64,000 nt of DNA from Candidatus Latescibacterota bacterium (lineage in GTDB: Bacteria > Latescibacterota > UBA2968): positions 2,528,001-2,592,000 of the forward strand of contig OZ241986.1 in assembly GCA_965204375.1 (NCBI GenBank), given 5' to 3'. How positions within the stretch are numbered: position 1 is the stretch's first letter; the number at the start of each line of letters is the position of its first letter. Below, piece after piece: positions 58,457-64,000 of this stretch. Made by a program: the position numbers and the translations under genes. The notes beneath the pieces were generated by a model. That model saw only the letters and a program-made list of their open reading frames with translations, had not been told where the DNA came from and ran no database searches.

Positions 58457-60352
58457 TCACCCCAACACCCGCACATCCTCTTGCCGAATAGTTATGCCCT
58501 GAGTATCGAAATAATTCAACAGCGGCACGGCAAATTTGCGCGTGGTGCCAATCAAACTGCGAAACGTCGATACATCAATCTCCCCATTTTCTTTCAGATA
58601 ATCGACCAATTGCCGCGTCACGTCTTCCATCACCTCCGGGTGAAAGAGCAACGCATCGTCCAGACGCACCAAACCTCCCATAGCCTGCATAGCCGACACC
58701 ACATCGCGCACAGATCTCGCGTTGACCTGGATGGCATCGGGCAATGTCTTCAAGTCCTCGGGCGTTGTCCCCCCATCTCTTAATACCCGCGCAATAGCAT
58801 CGCAAATCTCCTCTTGCTCGGGCGTCAACGCAATTTTGTAATCGCGCAACCGAATCAGCGCATTATCGCTTTTTAAGACACCCGCGTGAACCAAATGTTC
58901 AACACCATAGGCAAACAAATCATCAGAAGGTTCACCTTGCACCAATGCGCGAAGCTCCTCGCGACGCGCACCTATCCGGAGGGGATGCGCCTCGTGAAAA
59001 ATCCGCATCGCATCGCCAATCCCGTCCAGCAATTCCCGCCAGCACATCGCGTGGACATACATCGCTTTACCCGCCTGTACATAAGAAACCACATCATCCG
59101 AATCGACGAGCGCAATGAGCTGACTCTCGATCTCACTCACAGACACCGCCATCTCAGATGCGAGTTGTAGCGCGGTTCTCGGTTGCAATCGCGCGGCCTT
59201 TAAGCGCGTCAACAAAACCCGTGTGGGATCATCTTGCTCCAATTCTCGCAGTGCGTCATTGACATCATCCCGAAATCGTCTATGCTTTACAGGTTGCGGA
59301 TCCAACACCACACCACCGCCCAATGTTTGCACCGGTGAATACCGCCGAATCACAAACCGATCTCCCCGAGCGGCAACGCCCGGTTCCTCCAGACGCAACT
59401 GCACCAGTTGCGATTCACCCGGCAACAATGTCTCACCTTCGAGCAACACCACGCGGGCCAAAACCTCTCGCGGCCCCATAAGCAGATGTACGCGCGTGCG
59501 ATTGGTCACATGCGCGGGTGCATCGGGTAACATGTGCAAACGTGCATCGATCATATACGTCGTCTTAAAATACCCCGGTTGTACCAGAAGATCGCCCCGC
59601 GACACCTCATCGACCTCGACTCCACTCACATTAATAGCCGCACGCGCGCCCACCTGTGCCACATCTACATCCCGCCCATGCGTTTGCACACCGCGCACGC
59701 GCACATTTTTTCCCGACGGCAACAGCGACAATGCATCGCGCACGCGCACATCCCCTGAAATCACAGTACCAGTCACAACAGTCCCAAACCCCTGCACGGA
59801 AAAAGCGCGATCAACGGGCAAGCGAAAAATACCCTGATCTGGCCGCGCCTCAACCCTTGCGACCTCCGCCTCAACCGCCGAACGCAATGCATCAATCCCC
59901 TCGCCAGTAATCGACGATACGGGCACAATCGGTGCATCCTCCAAAAATGTATCTGCAAACACCTCTCGCAATTCTTCTTCCACCAACTCCAGCCACTCTT
60001 CTTCCACCAGATCGACTTTTGTCAACACCACAATACCACGGGGCACACCCAGCAGATTCAAAATGCCCAGATGCTCGCGCGTCTGCGGCATTACCCCATC
60101 ATCGGCAGCCACCACAAAAAGTGCCAGATCAACCGTACACACACCCGTCACCATATTCTTGACAAAGCGCTCGTGCCCGGGCACATCGATAATGGTCACA
60201 TTATTTTTCCAATACGCAAAGCCAATATCAATCGTCACGCCGCGATCGCGTTCCTCGGGCAAAGTATCGGTCTCAATACCCGTCAATGCCTTAACCAGCG
60301 CCGTCTTGCCGTGATCGATATGCCCGGCCGTTCCAATAATCACGTGCGCCAT
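58457..60352 (-). CDS. selB: Selenocysteine-specific elongation factor
   Basis: GTAGHIDHGKT, DVPGHERFVKNM, RLPVDRAF, C-terminal winged helices with TRKFAVPLLNYFD. Confidence 0.96.
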   Translation of the reverse strand: MAHVIIGTAGHIDHGKTALVKALTGIETDTLPEERDRGVTIDIGFAYWKNNVTIIDVPGHERFVKNMVTGVCTVDLALFVVAADDGVMPQTREHLGILNLLGVPRGIVVLTKVDLVEEEWLELVEEELREVFADTFLEDAPIVPVSSITGEGIDALRSAVEAEVARVEARPDQGIFRLPVDRAFSVQGFGTVVTGTVISGDVRVRDALSLLPSGKNVRVRGVQTHGRDVDVAQVGARAAINVSGVEVDEVSRGDLLVQPGYFKTTYMIDARLHMLPDAPAHVTNRTRVHLLMGPREVLARVVLLEGETLLPGESQLVQLRLEEPGVAARGDRFVIRRYSPVQTLGGGVVLDPQPVKHRRFRDDVNDALRELEQDDPTRVLLTRLKAARLQPRTALQLASEMAVSVSEIESQLIALVDSDDVVSYVQAGKAMYVHAMCWRELLDGIGDAMRIFHEAHPLRIGARREELRALVQGEPSDDLFAYGVEHLVHAGVLKSDNALIRLRDYKIALTPEQEEICDAIARVLRDGGTTPEDLKTLPDAIQVNARSVRDVVSAMQAMGGLVRLDDALLFHPEVMEDVTRQLVDYLKENGEIDVSTFRSLIGTTRKFAVPLLNYFDTQGITIRQEDVRVLG

Positions 60353-61758
60353 CAGTCCCGCGCTCCTTTTTTTATTGCATCGCCCACAATACTCACCTCG
60401 TCATCTCTTATCGTGCGCAAATCCAGAAATAACTGGTCATCGCGCACATAGCAAACAACGGGCGGATCATGGCGGCGCAACTTATTAGAAAGGGACAAAA
60501 TATCGCCATCGGAAATAGCGACTGCAACACTCGGGATATTTTCCAAAGGCAACGCACCACTACCGGTTTGTGCATCGGAATCGACCAATTCGCACTTAAA
60601 ACCCTCAAGCTCACCGATCACCCGCAACAACCTCTGACCGCGTCGCTCAAGTGTTGTTACAGACTCTGTCAACATGCGGAGTGTGGGATGTTCGCGCGCC
60701 AATGCCTCTGGATTTAAGAACAGCTTCAACGTCGCTTCCAGCGCGGCATACGTCAGCTTCCCACAACGCAACGCGCGCATCAAGGGATTTTTGCGAATTT
60801 GTTCTACGACATTTTTTTTCCCCACAATAATCCCACACTGCGGCCCGCCGAGAACCTTATCACCGCTGAACATCACCACATCTGCCCCGGCGGAAATACT
60901 ATCGGATACCAGAGGCTCATAAGGCAATCCGTAATCCTGCAAATTGACCAGCACACCGCCGCCCAAATCGTGCGCCACAGGCACACCGCGTTGTCGTCCC
61001 AATGCCACCAGTTCTTCCAGTGCCACTTCGGCGGTAAATCCCATCACCTTGTAATTGCTCGGATGCACCGCCAGCATCACCCCCGTATTCTCCGTCAAAG
61101 CGGCTTCGTAATCGCCGAGATGAGTGCGATTGGTCGTACCCACCTCGACGAGTTGCGCCCCACTGCGCGCCATAATATCGGGAATGCGGAACGACCCTCC
61201 AATTTCGACCAGTTGCCCGCGCGACACAATCGCCTCTTTGCCACCAGCCAGTGTATTTAACGTCAACAAAACAGCCGCTGCATTGTTATTTGCAATCGCA
61301 GCGGCTTCGGCACCGGTCAACTCACACAGCAATTCTTCCACAAGCGTCGTACGCGACCCGCGTTGTCCAGTCTCCAGATCCAACTCCAGATTGCTATACG
61401 AACCAGCAATATCGGCAATATGTTTCACCGCAACATCGGACAGCGGCGCGCGTCCCAAATTGGTGTGCAAGATAACCCCAGTCGCGTTCACAACACGCCT
61501 GAGATTTGGCGCAAGCTGGTCTGCCAATTGGATCTGCACATCCCCAACAATCCATTCGGTCAACGCCTCACGAGACTCCCCCACCGATTCGCCATCGCGC
61601 ATCATCCCCCGCACGCGGTCTATCGCCCGCCGAATCATATCCGTCAAAACAGATGGCCCACAGCGCTTTGACAGCGTCTGAATCGCACGTTCATTGAGCA
61701 CCCCATCTACACCGGGAATAATTGAATAATCTATATTTTTTTTCAAATCACCATTCAT
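60352..61758 (-). CDS. selA: L-seryl-tRNA(Sec) selenium transferase
   Basis: NATGVILHTNLGRAPL, NNNAAA, EIGGSFRIP, FSGDKVLGGPQ. Confidence 0.96.
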   Translation of the reverse strand: MNGDLKKNIDYSIIPGVDGVLNERAIQTLSKRCGPSVLTDMIRRAIDRVRGMMRDGESVGESREALTEWIVGDVQIQLADQLAPNLRRVVNATGVILHTNLGRAPLSDVAVKHIADIAGSYSNLELDLETGQRGSRTTLVEELLCELTGAEAAAIANNNAAAVLLTLNTLAGGKEAIVSRGQLVEIGGSFRIPDIMARSGAQLVEVGTTNRTHLGDYEAALTENTGVMLAVHPSNYKVMGFTAEVALEELVALGRQRGVPVAHDLGGGVLVNLQDYGLPYEPLVSDSISAGADVVMFSGDKVLGGPQCGIIVGKKNVVEQIRKNPLMRALRCGKLTYAALEATLKLFLNPEALAREHPTLRMLTESVTTLERRGQRLLRVIGELEGFKCELVDSDAQTGSGALPLENIPSVAVAISDGDILSLSNKLRRHDPPVVCYVRDDQLFLDLRTIRDDEVSIVGDAIKKGARD

Positions 61759-61769
61759 AGCCCACCGCC

Positions 61770-63386
61770 CTACGGCACAATCTTAAACGCAATCTCTTGC
61801 TTCACATCGCGATCCGCCAACAAATCCGTCACTTTGACGCGGACTTCTTGACCGCCCGGCTCGGCGTCTTTCAAGTCCAATTCGACATACGCCATATCCT
61901 CTGTGGTATCACCCGATTGCTCATAAGAAATCACCACTTCCCGGCGCTTCTCTTGCAAGCGCAACATGCGGCCCAATCCGCGCAGCGCGCGAATCGGCGC
62001 AAGTCCTTTTTCCTGAGCGCGAAAAGAATAATCCACGCGATACCTCGTCCGTCCAAATTCATTGCGTTTCAAATTGTACACTTCAAAATAAACAAATGCA
62101 TTTTGATCTGGACGAAACGCCTTTGATGCCATTGGAATAATTTTAAATCCGCGTTTTTGAAACGGTCCTTGCTCTTCACTCGGACCAACAAAAAATGCAA
62201 GGGCAATATCGCTCATCAGAAGATCATCGCGCTGCGAAAAATCTGCTACGGCCAGTGATTGCTGATACACCTGCGATTTTCCCGACACTACATCGCGAAT
62301 CTGAAAAGAAAGATAGTGCAGCCCCGCTTCAACCTCAAACGCGAGCACGCCCGGAATAAACGCCCCATCCAACACTTGCTGGTCTGAAGGTGCCTGAAAT
62401 GTCAATTGATCCTGCAAGCGATAGACCTCTGTCCACAGGCTATCAAACATCGCAAGACCCCGGTCCAGCATCACCTGATCGGTTTTTTCATCAATGGGCA
62501 ACCGCGCCATTTCCTCTGCTGGCAATCCATAGTAGATTTCCAGCCGCGTCGCGCCATCTTCGCCGCGAAACCCAGCGGGAAAATAATAAAAATCAACGGG
62601 AAGCTCGGCAATATCTGCATCGTAAACTGAGGGCTGATGCGCTGCCACTTGCCGCAAAACCACCTCGCTCTGATACGCCAGCAAATCCGTTGTCAAAGAC
62701 AGACTCAAGCCCTCGGGCATCGGTGCAAAATCATACCTGTCCCCTTTGCCGCGACGCACAAAATCAAACTCTGTACCGCCCTCCAAATCCGCATACACCC
62801 AGTATTCCCACCACGACATCGTTGGCACGGGAAAAATGGGTTGTCCGGGCCTGATCCTCAGAGCAATGCGTCTGCGATTCACGTAATTTTGCCGCGCATC
62901 CTGTATCTCTCGATCCATCTCATTTTGAATATCGCCCGACTTGCTCGTGTGATCTGGCTTGCCAAACCGCACATAGACCTCACCCCGATCATCCCACGGA
63001 AACTCTCCCTGACCGTAATATTGGCGCGCATACGCCACACGCCGATAATGCTCAATGAGCCGCTCATTTGCCTTTGTCAACGGCGAGGGATCCAGGCGTC
63101 GCCAAAAGCGGTTGATCAACTCGGCGCGTTTTTCTGTATCCGCATCCCGGTAAATTTCCAGATCCTCGGGAAATGCCACCTGCGCCAAATCGCGATAGAG
63201 CGCTTGCTCCTCTTCTGACAAGTCTTTAATATACTCTTCAAACAGCGCCTGCGCCTTCGCATAATCCCGAACAGACTGCGCCTGAACCGCCTGTACCAAT
63301 AGCGGATCGTCAAAACCGCCCTCCTGCGCCCAAAGCGTTGTGCCCAACACACACACCGTCAGAAAACCCGTCAATATCGCATGCAT
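61770..63386 (-). CDS. Secreted GWxTD-domain protein
   Basis: Signal peptide, FWRRLDP.P.T..NERLIEHYRRVAYA, PWDDRGEVYVRFGKPD. Confidence 0.85.
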   Translation of the reverse strand: MHAILTGFLTVCVLGTTLWAQEGGFDDPLLVQAVQAQSVRDYAKAQALFEEYIKDLSEEEQALYRDLAQVAFPEDLEIYRDADTEKRAELINRFWRRLDPSPLTKANERLIEHYRRVAYARQYYGQGEFPWDDRGEVYVRFGKPDHTSKSGDIQNEMDREIQDARQNYVNRRRIALRIRPGQPIFPVPTMSWWEYWVYADLEGGTEFDFVRRGKGDRYDFAPMPEGLSLSLTTDLLAYQSEVVLRQVAAHQPSVYDADIAELPVDFYYFPAGFRGEDGATRLEIYYGLPAEEMARLPIDEKTDQVMLDRGLAMFDSLWTEVYRLQDQLTFQAPSDQQVLDGAFIPGVLAFEVEAGLHYLSFQIRDVVSGKSQVYQQSLAVADFSQRDDLLMSDIALAFFVGPSEEQGPFQKRGFKIIPMASKAFRPDQNAFVYFEVYNLKRNEFGRTRYRVDYSFRAQEKGLAPIRALRGLGRMLRLQEKRREVVISYEQSGDTTEDMAYVELDLKDAEPGGQEVRVKVTDLLADRDVKQEIAFKIVP

Positions 63387-63474
63387 AACAACCACCTTGT
63401 GAAATGTAGGTATGCCGTATAAATCAAATCTACCCGATAATCCCCCAACCCGCAAAGAAAATTTCCCTCATTTA

Positions 63475-63503
63475 TTGACAAGCACCACACCTGCATGTAT
63501 CTT
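63475..63503 (+). promoter_or_regulatory. Sigma-70 promoter TTGACA-N17-TATCTT of fbaB
   Basis: Consensus -35 and 17-bp spacer. Confidence 0.55.
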
Positions 63504-63556
63504 TTTCATCTATTTTTTAAAGCTGGCCCAATTTAATTTCTCAGAAGGAGTTCTCC

Positions 63557-64000
63557 ATGGCAGTTGCTGTTCAAAGTGGCATTGACAAAATCGCAGACTA
63601 CCTCGGCAATGACGCTGACGACTTACTCGATTACGAAGCACTGGTGAACAAAAACTTTCTCACACTGCCCGGTCCCGACTTTATCGACCGGGTCTTTGCA
63701 GACTCCGACCGACCTATTCCCGTACTCAACAACCTGCAACGCCTCTACAGTGCGGGGCGGCTCTCAGGCACCGGGTACATTTCCATTCTCCCCATTGATC
63801 AGGGCATCGAACACTCTGGCGGCGCATCCTTTGCCCCCAACCCCATCTACTTTGACCCCGAAAACATCGTCAAACTCGCCATTGAAGGGGGTTGTAATGC
63901 CGTGGCAACCACACTGGGCGTACTCGGGATGGTCGCCCGCCAATACGCCCATAAAATCCCCTTTATCCTCAAATTTAACCACAACCAATTGCTCACGTAC
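63557..64000 (+). CDS. fbaB: Class I fructose-bisphosphate aldolase (truncated by the window end)
   Basis: [57 protein letters not shown]; not in the ORF track, translated by hand. Confidence 0.92.
   Translation, partial: MAVAVQSGIDKIADYLGNDADDLLDYEALVNKNFLTLPGPDFIDRVFADSDRPIPVLNNLQRLYSAGRLSGTGYISILPIDQGIEHSGGASFAPNPIYFDPENIVKLAIEGGCNAVATTLGVLGMVARQYAHKIPFILKFNHNQLLTY

Noticed and set aside
58309-61770. selC (tRNA-Sec) or selD near selAB
   Set aside because: No cloverleaf with a TCA anticodon and no SelD motifs in the window
1-64000. CRISPR array, rRNA, retron or reverse transcriptase; long antisense ORFs (e.g. 33584-34309, 59223-59837)
   Set aside because: No regularly spaced repeat-spacer array, rRNA or RT motifs were seen; the antisense ORFs overlap well-supported genes and lack recognisable motifs

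Overview
Bacterial chromosomal window, gene-dense and metabolically accessory-rich. The PhyH/TauD dioxygenases, sulfatases, GWxTD and DUF6785-type proteins suggest an FCB-group organism such as a Latescibacterota/Gemmatimonadota-like sponge symbiont, but this is inference only. Left end: a housekeeping cluster (tRNA-Val, zinc-ribbon protein, RNase HI, rnpB, pyrF, ABC-F). Next is a type I R-M locus whose hsdS is split in frame by a 1731-bp IS1380 element (CTAA target duplication) and followed by a 518-bp unit bounded by 33-bp direct repeats. Then come a sugar-acid dehydratase, modBC, a long structured non-coding region ahead of an ECF sigma factor, two duplicated solo YgiT-type zinc-finger genes, an RND pump, sulfatase/fucosidase catabolic genes, a decayed pentapeptide-FRG gene, selAB and a partial fbaB. 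Main leads: (i) a non-prophage two-gene operon encoding a Rad52/Redbeta-like annealing-protein candidate, and a separate extra sigma-70 factor, whose promoters both carry a GAAC-N4-GTTC-type (LexA/Cheo-like) box at the same position between -35 and -10, suggesting an undescribed DNA-damage regulon; (ii) a compact multi-hairpin leader upstream of a queD/PTPS gene (riboswitch candidate); (iii) the IS-split hsdS, which could act as a specificity switch. All family calls come from visual motif recognition; no database searches were run.
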